Shown: positions 43,622 through 51,940 of the stretch, piece after piece
Layout of the letters: each line of letters opens with the position of its first letter
Numbering within the stretch: the first letter of the stretch is position 1
NCBI GenBank assembly: GCA_044341745.1
Contig: JBIIRD010000028.1
Span: 34-64,033, forward strand
From: Prosthecobacter sp.
GTDB lineage: Bacteria > Verrucomicrobiota > Verrucomicrobiia > Verrucomicrobiales > Verrucomicrobiaceae
Length of the DNA stretch: 64,000 nucleotides
Direction: 5' to 3'
Notes under the pieces: model-generated
Database searches by the model: none
Told to the model about the DNA's origin: nothing
Seen by the model: only the letters and a program-made list of their open reading frames with translations
Made by a program: the position numbers and the translations under genes

Positions 43622-45055
43622 TCAGGCGAGCACATCCTTGACCACATTTCCGGCGATGCCGGTCAGGCGCATGTCGAGGCCCTGGACGCGGTAGCTGAGG
43701 CGTTTGTGGTCAAAGCCGAGCAGGTGGAGGAGCGTGGCGTTGAGGTCGTTGACGTGGACGGGCGGCGTGACCGGGTTGAAACCGAGGTCGTCGGTTTCGC
43801 CGTGGACATGGCCACGCTTGAGCCCGCCGCCAGCAAGCCAGAAGGAGAAGCAGCGGTTGTGGTGGTCACGTCCGTCGTTGCCGCCCTGCACCATGGGTGT
43901 GCGGCCGAATTCACCGCCCCAGACCACCAGCGTGTCATCGAGCAGGCCGCGCTGGCGCAGGTCCTTGACGAGCGCCGCGCTGGCCTGGTCGGTGTCGCGG
44001 GCGTTGTTCTGCACTCCTTTGGTCAGCCCGGCGTGCTGGTCCCAGGCTTCATGGAAGAGCTGCACGAAGCGCACGCCGCGCTCGATGAGGCGGCGGGCGA
44101 GCAGGCAGTTCCTGGCATAGCCGGGCTCCTTGACGTCCTTGATGCCATACATGTCGAGCACGTGTTTAGGCTCGTCGGAAAGGTCGATCAGCTCCGGCGC
44201 GCTGCTTTGCAGCCGGTAGGCCATTTCGAAGCTTTGAATGCGTGCGGCGATGTCGGGGTCGCCCTGTCCGGCGAGGGAGATGTGGTTGAGCGCGTTCAGC
44301 GTGTCCAGGGAGGCCCGCTGGGTTTCCTCATCATAACCCGCGGGGTTGGAGAGGTAGAGCAGGGGGTCGCCGGTGCTGCGGAAGGGCACGCCGCCATACA
44401 TGTTGGGCAGGAAGCCGGAGCCGTAGTTGCTGGCGCCGCCACTCGTGCCCTTGGCGCTGGTGAGGACGACGTAGCCGGGCAGGTCCTCGCTTTCACAACC
44501 CAGGCCGTAGAGCGTCCAGGCGCCGAAGCTGGGCCTGCCGAAGTTCTGGTTGCCCGTGTTCATCAGGATCTGCGCCGGGGCGTGGTTGACGGCGTCGGTC
44601 TGCATGGTGCGGATGAGGCAGATCTCGTCGGCGATGCCGCTGATGTGGGGGATGACCTCGCTGAGTTCCATGCCGCTGGCGCCGTTCTTCCTGAACTTGA
44701 ACTTGGGGCCGAGCAGGGCGGAATTGGGTTTGATGAAGGCGGCGCGGTAGTTCTTGAGCAGTTCCGCCGGGGGCAGCTGGCCGCTGCGCTTTTCAAGTTC
44801 AGGCTTGTAGTCAAAAAGCTCGAGGTGGCTGGGCGCACCGGCGTTGAACATGTAGATGACACGCTTTGCCTTCGCTGCGTGATGAGGACGGCGCGGGGCA
44901 AGCGGGCCGGTGGCTCCGAAGCCGTCCCGGGTAAGCAGGCTGTTCAGGGCCATGCCGCCGAAGCCGATGGTGCAGTCACGAAGGAACCAGCGGCGGGTGA
45001 TGAAGTTCGAAGTTTGAAATCCGAAATCCGAAGGATGAGAAGTGGGAGGTTGCAT
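43622..45055 (-). CDS. DUF1501 protein with Tat signal (pair 3)
   Basis: 477 aa. ITRRWFLRDC Tat motif. VIYMFNAGAPSHLELFDYKP, GGEFGRTP, GRDHHN, DLNATLLHLLG. Codons 8-13 (SDFGFQ) are encoded by one arm of the inverted repeat flanking the neighbouring four-helix-bundle gene. Confidence 0.88.
   Translation of the reverse strand: MQPPTSHPSDFGFQTSNFITRRWFLRDCTIGFGGMALNSLLTRDGFGATGPLAPRRPHHAAKAKRVIYMFNAGAPSHLELFDYKPELEKRSGQLPPAELLKNYRAAFIKPNSALLGPKFKFRKNGASGMELSEVIPHISGIADEICLIRTMQTDAVNHAPAQILMNTGNQNFGRPSFGAWTLYGLGCESEDLPGYVVLTSAKGTSGGASNYGSGFLPNMYGGVPFRSTGDPLLYLSNPAGYDEETQRASLDTLNALNHISLAGQGDPDIAARIQSFEMAYRLQSSAPELIDLSDEPKHVLDMYGIKDVKEPGYARNCLLARRLIERGVRFVQLFHEAWDQHAGLTKGVQNNARDTDQASAALVKDLRQRGLLDDTLVVWGGEFGRTPMVQGGNDGRDHHNRCFSFWLAGGGLKRGHVHGETDDLGFNPVTPPVHVNDLNATLLHLLGFDHKRLSYRVQGLDMRLTGIAGNVVKDVLA
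45002..45033. repeat. Inverted-repeat arm (tandem atccgaa heptads), left of four-helix-bundle cassette A
   Basis: gaagttcgaagtttgaaatccgaaatccgaagg. The 15-nt core aaatccgaaatccga is the exact reverse complement of tcggatttcggattt at 45654-45668. A related imperfect copy (tccgaatttcgaatttcgaag) lies at 45074-45094. Confidence 0.8.
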
Positions 45056-45115
45056 TCGATGTGGGGGATGAAAGTCCGAATTTCGAATTTCGAAGTCTGA
45101 AGTTCGAGGGCTGTG

Positions 45116-45673
45116 CTAGTGTGAGGATTTGCGCCAGATGGATCCAAAGATGAGGTTGAGTTCCGTGGCTTCGCACCACAGCACACGGGCTTTATCCTTG
45201 CGGGAGGGCTCGGCTCTGGCGATCATTCGGAGCCAGAAACGAGTTTCCTTGGACTCTTTCCGGCAAATGGAAATGCGATGCCTGAAGTCTTTGGGGGGAA
45301 CATGGTCCTCTGCCTCGCAGTGGTTGGCGCCAATGCTTGTCCCTGCCGCCACAAACTGCTCGATGATCCGGTTGTTTACGGGGCTGGTAGGCAGGGATTT
45401 GGCGAATCGGATGACATTCTCCCCAAATTGATCAGTTCGTTCAGACAGGTTGTAGCATTTTTCATTCGCAGGCTCACGGACTGCGTCATGCTGATATTCA
45501 AAGTCGTCCAAGGTGGCCAGGGAGGGGCCTGCCAGGGCCTGCCAAAAAGCCAGATCTGCCTCACCAAGCAGATCATCAGTCGCGGTTTCGTTCCGGTGAT
45601 GATCCATTGCTTTTTGCCTGGAGGTATGAGTGCCAGGCCTTCGGGTTTCGAACATCGGATTTCGGATTTTCAT
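45116..45673 (-). CDS. Four-helix-bundle protein (23S rRNA intervening-sequence protein / Avd-like family) with N-terminal extension
   Basis: The C-terminal ~115 aa (NLSERTDQFGENVIRFAKSLP...AAGTSIGANHCEAE...CRKESKETRFWLRMI) fit the family. The start is uncertain: the ATG at 45673 directly follows the upstream stop at 45676, and internal ATGs are also possible. Confidence 0.75.
   Translation of the reverse strand: MKIRNPMFETRRPGTHTSRQKAMDHHRNETATDDLLGEADLAFWQALAGPSLATLDDFEYQHDAVREPANEKCYNLSERTDQFGENVIRFAKSLPTSPVNNRIIEQFVAAGTSIGANHCEAEDHVPPKDFRHRISICRKESKETRFWLRMIARAEPSRKDKARVLWCEATELNLIFGSIWRKSSH
45640..45672. repeat. Inverted-repeat arm, right of four-helix-bundle cassette A
   Basis: ttcgggtttcgaacatcggatttcggattttca. 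Contains the reverse complement of the 45018-45032 core and encodes the first codons (MKIRNP) of the cassette ORF. Confidence 0.8.
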
Positions 45674-45675
45674 CT

Positions 45676-48600
45676 TCAGTTCTTGGTGATGGTTTCGTCG
45701 AGGTTGAGCAGCACGCGTGAAACGATGCTCCAGGCCGCGATGTCGTTGGGGGTGGCGTCGGCGGGCAGGGAGGATGTCCGGGTCAGGGCGTTGAAGGCGA
45801 TGTCGGAGGCCTTGAGGACGCCTTTCTTCAACTGGTCGCGGCGGCTGCTGAGAAGCTTCTGAATCTGCTCGCTCTCGCGCTTGTCCGGCAGACGGCTCGT
45901 GCACAGCCGGAAGGCATGGTGGATGCGCGACTCGTCGTCCGGGCTGCCTTCACGCAGAACGCGAAGAGCCAGGGCCTGGGAGGCTTCGACGAAGACAGGC
46001 TCGTTCATCGAGGTCAGGGCGGCGAGGGGTGAGTTCGAACGCGGGCGGCGGGTGCAGGAGGTGTCGCCGGTGGGCGCGTCAAAGGCGATCATGGCGGGGT
46101 CGGGCATCGAGCGTTTGCGGAAGACGTAAAGAGCCCGGCTGTAGCGGGTGGAGTCCTCCGCCGGCGTCCAGTATTCGGGCTTGGAAAAATTGTAATCTAG
46201 CACGCTCTGTGGGATGGGCGGAAAGACGCTGGGGCCGCCGAACTTGTCGGAAAGCAGGCCGGAGACGGAGAGGACAATGTCGCGCACGACCTCGGCCTCG
46301 GCCCGGAAGCGGGGACCGCGTGCGAGCAGGCGGTTGCGGGGATCTTTTTCAAGCAGGGCAGGCGATGCCTGGGAGCTCTGCTGATAAGTCTGAGAGGTGA
46401 CGAGGGTGCGCAAAAGGCGCTTCTGGCTCCAGCCCTGCTCCATGAAATCGACGGCAAGCCAGTCGAGCAGATCGGCGTGGGAAGGCTCGGGGGCGCGTGT
46501 GCCGAAATCCTCGGCCGTCTCGACGATGCCGGTGCCGAACACGGCCTGCCAGAGGCGGTTCACGGCCACGCGGGCGGTCAGCGGCGAGTTTTTGTCCGTG
46601 AGCCAGCGGGCGAGTGTGAGACGGCTCGGCGAGGCATCCCCGGGCAGCGGATGCAGGGTGGCGATGCCCTGGGGTTTCACCTCCTCCTTGCCCTGGTTCC
46701 AGACACCGCGGTCAAGCCTGCGGGTGATGCGTGCATCCTCGGCGTTTCGTTCGGCCAGATGCATGATGGTGGAGAGGGGTTCGGGATGGGAGGCCCACTG
46801 TTTTTCGATCTGGTCGGAGTAGGTTTTTAGGGCCGGTGTGGCGGCGCGCCAGGCGTCAAAAATGGCTTGTTTTTGTTCGGCACTGCGCTTGGCGGCCGGC
46901 ACCTGCATGGCGAGCAGCGCGGCATAAGGCGTGTGGGTCACCTTCGGGTCGGCGGCCTGCGTCAAGGCGATGCGGAAGCGGCCGATCTGTGTCACGCGGT
47001 AGTCGCTGGTGTCGCCTCCATGCTCCAGCAGCAGGGCCACCTTGAGCTTGGTGCCGTGGGGAAGGGTGACGGGCTGTTCGAACTGGGCGACGGCGACGGA
47101 CTCGCTGTTGCGCCGGCCGGGGCCGCGGTCGGCACGCCAGGCAGTGAGCGGGTCGCCGTCCGCCATGAAGGCGACGGGGCCGCGCAGGCGTTTCTCGGGG
47201 TTGAAGGCCTTGCTGTGCCATTCCGGCTCCAGGCCTGCGGCAGGCTCGTCAAAATCGGCGCTGGCGTTTTTGAGCTTCAGGCGCTCCCAGGTTTCCGAGC
47301 CGGGTTTCTTGGCCTCGATGATCAGCTCCGACAGCGCCCAGGAGCCCTTGTAGCTCCGGCCCGGGCCGCCCATTGGCAGGTCGCCATGCTTCAGCACCTC
47401 GATGCGCACCCCGGTCACTTTTTCCATCGTTGGTTCGGCAAAGAAGTGCAGGTCGCCGCGTGAGGTTGGATGGCCCAGGGTCAGCATGCTGTCGTCCGGC
47501 AGAACCTCGGGGTGGTTCAGCCCGGTGGAAGAATGGGTGTCCTCGGGATGGACGATGTTCCAGCTCACCGCCTGCCATTGTTTCAGTTCCGCCGCCTCCC
47601 AGCCGGCGACCTGTTTCTCCCAGCCGGGATGATCTTTTTTCAACCGCGAGTCGATGCGTGTCAGCTCCGCATTCAGTTTGGCAAGAGCCGCCTCATCTTC
47701 GGGGCTGTAGACCCAGGACTTGGCCTCGTAGGTGTTGTTGAGGAAGGCGAAGAGCCCGTAGTATTCGGTCTGCGTGATGGGATCGAACTTGTGGGAGTGG
47801 CACTGAACGCATTTGAGCGAGAGGCCGAGGACGCCGGAACCAAGCGTGTCCATGCGGTCGAACATGGCCTCCATGCGCCATTCCTCGGGGATGATGGCGC
47901 CTTCCTCGTTGATCATGCCGTTGCGCAGGAAGCCGGTGGCAATCACCTGCTGGCGGGTGGCCTTGGGCAGCAGGTCGCCGGCCAGCTGTTCGGTGATGAA
48001 CCTGTCATAGGGCATGTCCTGGTTCAGCGCCTGGATGACCCAGTCGCGCCACACCCATTGTTCGCGCGGGAGATCTTTCTCAAAGCCATTGCTGTCGGCG
48101 TAACGGGCCACGTCCAGCCAGTGGCGGGCCCACTTTTCGCCGAACCGGCGATCTTTCATGAGTCGGTCCGCAGTCGCTTCGACGGCGGTCTGGAGACCTT
48201 TGGATTTCACCTCGGCGAGAAAGGCGTCCACCTCGGCAGGCGATGGTGGCAGGCCGATGAGGTCGAGATGAAGGCGGCGGCAGAGCGTTTCGGGCTTTGC
48301 GGCAGGCGAAGGCTGGAGGCCTTCCTTGGCCAGCCGCTGGCGGATGAAGAAATCGACCGGGGACTGGCCTGTCGGGAGGGCTGCGGCAGCTTTGACGGGT
48401 TTGGCAAAGGCCCAGTGACCGGAAAACACGGCACCATCCTGAATCCACTGGCGAATCTTGGCGATGTCCTCCGGCTTCACGGGCTTGTTTTCGTCGGGGG
48501 GCGGCATGACTTCGTCTTCATCGTGGGTGAGGATGCGGGCGAGGAGGGAGCCCTTGTCCGGCTGGCCGGGAATGATGGCGGGTCCGTCGGACTTGCCTCC

Positions 48601-48768
48601 CTTGAGGGCGTCCTCACGCAGGTCGAGGCGCAGCCTGCCCTTGCGCGACTGCTCGTCCTGGCCGTGGCAGTGGAAACAGTGCTCGGCAAGCACGGGCTGG
48701 ATGTCCCGGTTGAAGTCGAGGGCGCTGGCACTGGTGGCGAGAAGAAACAGGATGAAGGAGGGCTTCAT
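45676..48768 (-). CDS. PSCyt1/DUF1549/DUF1553 exported protein (pair 3)
   Basis: 1030 aa with a signal peptide. FNRDIQPVLAEHCFHCHGQD, RRLHLDLIGLPPS, CVQCHSHKFDP, FDAPTGDTSCTRRPRSNSPLAAL. Confidence 0.9.
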   Translation of the reverse strand: MKPSFILFLLATSASALDFNRDIQPVLAEHCFHCHGQDEQSRKGRLRLDLREDALKGGKSDGPAIIPGQPDKGSLLARILTHDEDEVMPPPDENKPVKPEDIAKIRQWIQDGAVFSGHWAFAKPVKAAAALPTGQSPVDFFIRQRLAKEGLQPSPAAKPETLCRRLHLDLIGLPPSPAEVDAFLAEVKSKGLQTAVEATADRLMKDRRFGEKWARHWLDVARYADSNGFEKDLPREQWVWRDWVIQALNQDMPYDRFITEQLAGDLLPKATRQQVIATGFLRNGMINEEGAIIPEEWRMEAMFDRMDTLGSGVLGLSLKCVQCHSHKFDPITQTEYYGLFAFLNNTYEAKSWVYSPEDEAALAKLNAELTRIDSRLKKDHPGWEKQVAGWEAAELKQWQAVSWNIVHPEDTHSSTGLNHPEVLPDDSMLTLGHPTSRGDLHFFAEPTMEKVTGVRIEVLKHGDLPMGGPGRSYKGSWALSELIIEAKKPGSETWERLKLKNASADFDEPAAGLEPEWHSKAFNPEKRLRGPVAFMADGDPLTAWRADRGPGRRNSESVAVAQFEQPVTLPHGTKLKVALLLEHGGDTSDYRVTQIGRFRIALTQAADPKVTHTPYAALLAMQVPAAKRSAEQKQAIFDAWRAATPALKTYSDQIEKQWASHPEPLSTIMHLAERNAEDARITRRLDRGVWNQGKEEVKPQGIATLHPLPGDASPSRLTLARWLTDKNSPLTARVAVNRLWQAVFGTGIVETAEDFGTRAPEPSHADLLDWLAVDFMEQGWSQKRLLRTLVTSQTYQQSSQASPALLEKDPRNRLLARGPRFRAEAEVVRDIVLSVSGLLSDKFGGPSVFPPIPQSVLDYNFSKPEYWTPAEDSTRYSRALYVFRKRSMPDPAMIAFDAPTGDTSCTRRPRSNSPLAALTSMNEPVFVEASQALALRVLREGSPDDESRIHHAFRLCTSRLPDKRESEQIQKLLSSRRDQLKKGVLKASDIAFNALTRTSSLPADATPNDIAAWSIVSRVLLNLDETITKN

Positions 48769-48989
48769 GGTGAGAATAACGAGAGCATTAGAAAGATTTC
48801 ACGATTAGGACGAATGTGGATTAACTCGGGTCGAATCTTCCATCCCGTCCGTCGGCAATGCGGCAAGATTGAGGGTGTTTGTCACAAACCAGGGTGAAAA
48901 AGGTCGCGGTTTGATGGCGGGGCCGAGACCTCTGACATCCCATTTTTCAGCCCTGCTTTGGGGCTTGGATCAACCTGGGTTTCAGGCGC

Positions 48990-49538
48990 TCAGGGGTGCC
49001 GTTCATTCAGCGCCTGGCGTGGGGTGTGTTCGGTGAGGATCTGGGAGGCCTTCACCTCGACGAGGCTCTCGCGGCCAAGGAATTCCATGAGGACCTTCAC
49101 GCGTTCGTCGCCGCTGTGGATGCTGTTGACGATGCCCTTCAGTCCACGCATCGGGCCTTCGGTGAGCTCCACGGTGTCTCCCACCTTCAGGCCGGCGTGG
49201 ATTTCCTTCACCACCTGGCCGTCCATTTCATTGCGGATCAGTTCGATGACCCGATCCGGCACGGGAGTCAGGCGGCCGCCGAAATCGACGATGCGGATGA
49301 CGTTCTGGGAATGCTTGACCGCCCGGATGGACTGCGCGGGGGTGAAGCGGGCGAAGAAGTAGCTCGGGAACAGGGCCTCGATGAACCAGACCTTGCCGCG
49401 TTTGGTGCTGCGCTGGAACTTGATGCGCGGGCAGTAGGCCTCCACGCCCTCCAGGGCAAGCATGAGGCCTGCGGCGACGTGCTCGCACTTGGGGCGGGTG
49501 TGGATGACGTACCAGGCGGGCTTGTCCGACAGTTCCAT
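48990..49538 (-). CDS. NusG-family paralog (RfaH/UpxY-like transcription antiterminator)
   Basis: 182 aa from MELSDKPAWYVIHTRPKCEH. NGN domain (WYVIHT..., FPSYFFARF) followed by a KOW-like segment (GDTVELTEGPMRGLKGIV). The tracked ORF extension to 49637 was discarded. Confidence 0.8.
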   Translation of the reverse strand: MELSDKPAWYVIHTRPKCEHVAAGLMLALEGVEAYCPRIKFQRSTKRGKVWFIEALFPSYFFARFTPAQSIRAVKHSQNVIRIVDFGGRLTPVPDRVIELIRNEMDGQVVKEIHAGLKVGDTVELTEGPMRGLKGIVNSIHSGDERVKVLMEFLGRESLVEVKASQILTEHTPRQALNERHP

Positions 49539-49645
49539 GAGGGTTTTCTGCGGGTGAGGTAGCCAGGGAGCTGGGGCTGGGCAACTCCCGTTTGCGCAAT
49601 CCGCGTGCCTGCGCCAGTCTCCCGGCCCTCCTGCCATTCCAACGC

Positions 49646-50236
49646 ATGTTCAAGGACCTTCACGACTATCTCTACCACCTTGCCCCTGAGGGCGGCCTGC
49701 CGATGAAGCCCGTGGGCATCACCCTCGGCCTGGCGCTTCTGGCCAGCCACCTGTGGGCCTGGAAAAATGCGGAAAAAGCCAAGGCTTTCCTGCGTGAGTT
49801 CCCCCGTCATTACGGGTTCGGGGCCCTGCTGCTGACGGTCGATTTCATCTGGGGCATGATCGTCCTGCAGAACATGGACATGGGGGAGTTTTTCTTCCTG
49901 AGGAAATGGTTCCTCATGCTGGTGCCGGCCGGTTTTGTGCTGGTCCTGCTTTATGTGAGGGAGTTCCTGGCCGTGCGCGCCCTGGGCAGCCTGCTGCTGC
50001 TTCTGGCCGGGCCGGTGCTGGCCTCGGCCTTCCTGCAGCCGCAGGTCACGCGCCTGCTTCTCCCCATTCTTGGTTATGCCTGGATCATCGGCGGCCTTTA
50101 CCTGGTGGGCATGCCCTACCTGATGCGCGACGGCGTGAACTGGCTGCTGGCCCGTGAAGGCCGCTGGCAGGCGGCCGTCTGGGGCGGCGTGGGCTACGGG
50201 GCCCTGCTGCTGCTGCTCGCGGTGACGACCTATTGA
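49646..50236 (+). CDS. Hypothetical polytopic membrane protein
   Basis: 196 aa from MFKDLHDY, with about 5 hydrophobic helices. No family recognised. Lies upstream of the GT9 gene (7-nt gap). Confidence 0.6.
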   Translation: MFKDLHDYLYHLAPEGGLPMKPVGITLGLALLASHLWAWKNAEKAKAFLREFPRHYGFGALLLTVDFIWGMIVLQNMDMGEFFFLRKWFLMLVPAGFVLVLLYVREFLAVRALGSLLLLLAGPVLASAFLQPQVTRLLLPILGYAWIIGGLYLVGMPYLMRDGVNWLLAREGRWQAAVWGGVGYGALLLLLAVTTY

Positions 50237-50243
50237 TTCCGGC

Positions 50244-51188
50244 ATGGAGCAGGCGACCTCCGGCAGCACGGCTCCGAATACGCCACGCCTGCTGGTGATC
50301 CGTGGCGGTGCGATTGGCGACTTCATCCTCACCCTGCCCGCCATCCGCCTGCTGAGGCAATCCGTGCCCCGGGTGCATCTCGAGGTCCTGGGGTATCCGG
50401 GCATCGCCGAACTGGCGGTGAAGGCGGGTCTTGCGGACCAGGTGCGCTCGCTGGGCGATCCGCGTCTGGCGCGGCTGTTTGCCCGCAATTCGGAGCTGGC
50501 CCCGGACTTGGCGGACTACCTGCGCGGCTTCACCCTGGTGGTGAGCTATTTGTTTGACCCGGACGGCATTCTGAAGGCGAACCTGGAGGCGCTGGGCGTC
50601 GGCACGCTCCTCTCCTGCCCACATCGCGTGCTGCCAGGGCAGGGGCATGCCGCGCAGCAGCTTGCCCGGCCTCTGGAACGGCTGGCGATGTTCCTGGAGG
50701 AGCCCGGCTGGCGTGCGCCGTTGTTCCCTGAAAGTGCGGCCCGCCGGCCTCCCAGACGGGTCGCCATCCATCCCGGCAGCGGTTCACTCACCAAGAACTG
50801 GCCGGCGGACCGATGGCTGATTCTGGCCGGGGAAATCCGGTCGGGGTGGCCGGAGGTCGAGGTTTGTCTGGTCAGCGGCGAGGCGGAGGCCGAACGCGGC
50901 ACACTGCCAGACGGGCTGGACGATCATTTCATTCGCTGGCACGGCCTGCCTTTGACGGAACTCACGGACCGGCTGGCCACCTGCGACCTCTTTTTGGGGC
51001 ATGACAGCGGCATCTCGCACCTGGCCTCGGCCTGCGGCGTGCCCTGTGTGCTGCTTTTCGGCCCCACGGATCCATCAACCTGGGCGCCTCCGCAGCCGGG
51101 CGTGACCGTGGTGCAGGCCCCGGGAGGCGACCTTCAGTCCCTGTCGATCGACGAGGTGCGCCGGGTGGTGCTGCCGTTGATGGGGTGA
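50244..51188 (+). CDS. Glycosyltransferase family 9 (ADP-heptose:LPS heptosyltransferase-like)
   Basis: LLVIRGGAIGDFILTLPAIRLL, IHPGSGSLTKNWPADRW, FLGHDSGISHLASACGVPCVLLFGPT. Confidence 0.85.
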   Translation: MEQATSGSTAPNTPRLLVIRGGAIGDFILTLPAIRLLRQSVPRVHLEVLGYPGIAELAVKAGLADQVRSLGDPRLARLFARNSELAPDLADYLRGFTLVVSYLFDPDGILKANLEALGVGTLLSCPHRVLPGQGHAAQQLARPLERLAMFLEEPGWRAPLFPESAARRPPRRVAIHPGSGSLTKNWPADRWLILAGEIRSGWPEVEVCLVSGEAEAERGTLPDGLDDHFIRWHGLPLTELTDRLATCDLFLGHDSGISHLASACGVPCVLLFGPTDPSTWAPPQPGVTVVQAPGGDLQSLSIDEVRRVVLPLMG

Positions 51189-51254
51189 CTTTTGTGCCAA
51201 AACTGGACTGAAAGCGCGGCTTGTGACGAGTCCGTGACGTGCTATGAGCGACGC

Positions 51255-51881
51255 ATGTCTGACCATCCCCGCTTCCGCACATTCCTCATCCTGGGCGCCC
51301 CAGGCAGTGGCAAAGGCACCCAGGGCAAGGTGCTTGGGTCCATTCCGCGCTTCCACCACCTGGCCTGCGGCGATGTCTTTCGTTCGCTGGACACCCGCAC
51401 CGTGCTTGGCCAGAAGTTCGTCGAATACTCCAGCCGCGGCGAGCTGGTGCCGGATGACGTGACCGTGGCCCTCTGGCGCGCCAACATCAAGCAGCGCGTG
51501 GACGGCCACCAGTTCAAGCCGGAGATCGACTTCCTGGTGCTCGACGGCATCCCCCGCAACATGGAGCAGGCCAAGCTCATGGAGGAGGACATCGAGGTGC
51601 TGAAGGTGTTTCATCTGAGCTGCCCGGACCGCACCGAGCTGGCCCGCCGTCTGCGCAAGCGCGCCCTCAAGGACAACCGCTTTGATGATGCGAATGAAAG
51701 CGTCATCCAGCAGCGCTTCGCCACCTATGAGGCGGAAACCAAGCCCATCCTGGATTATTACAAGGGCGACCGTGTCGTTGAGATCGACGCCAGCCAGCCC
51801 CCCGCCAAGGTGCTCTATGACATCATCGGCGGCGTGATGACGCTGGATGCCTGGAAGGAACTCGAGAAGATGAGGATCTGA
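51255..51881 (+). CDS. adk: Adenylate kinase (short, lid-less type)
   Basis: P-loop LGAPGSGKGTQ, CGDVFRS, GELVPDD, LDGIPRNMEQA, RFDDANESVIQQRFATY. The start was set at 51255. Confidence 0.8.
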   Translation: MSDHPRFRTFLILGAPGSGKGTQGKVLGSIPRFHHLACGDVFRSLDTRTVLGQKFVEYSSRGELVPDDVTVALWRANIKQRVDGHQFKPEIDFLVLDGIPRNMEQAKLMEEDIEVLKVFHLSCPDRTELARRLRKRALKDNRFDDANESVIQQRFATYEAETKPILDYYKGDRVVEIDASQPPAKVLYDIIGGVMTLDAWKELEKMRI

Positions 51882-51940
51882 TTCCGGCGCGGTGGCCCGT
51901 CCCGCCCTGCGCCGTCGCTTTTCACGCACCCTCCCTTTTC

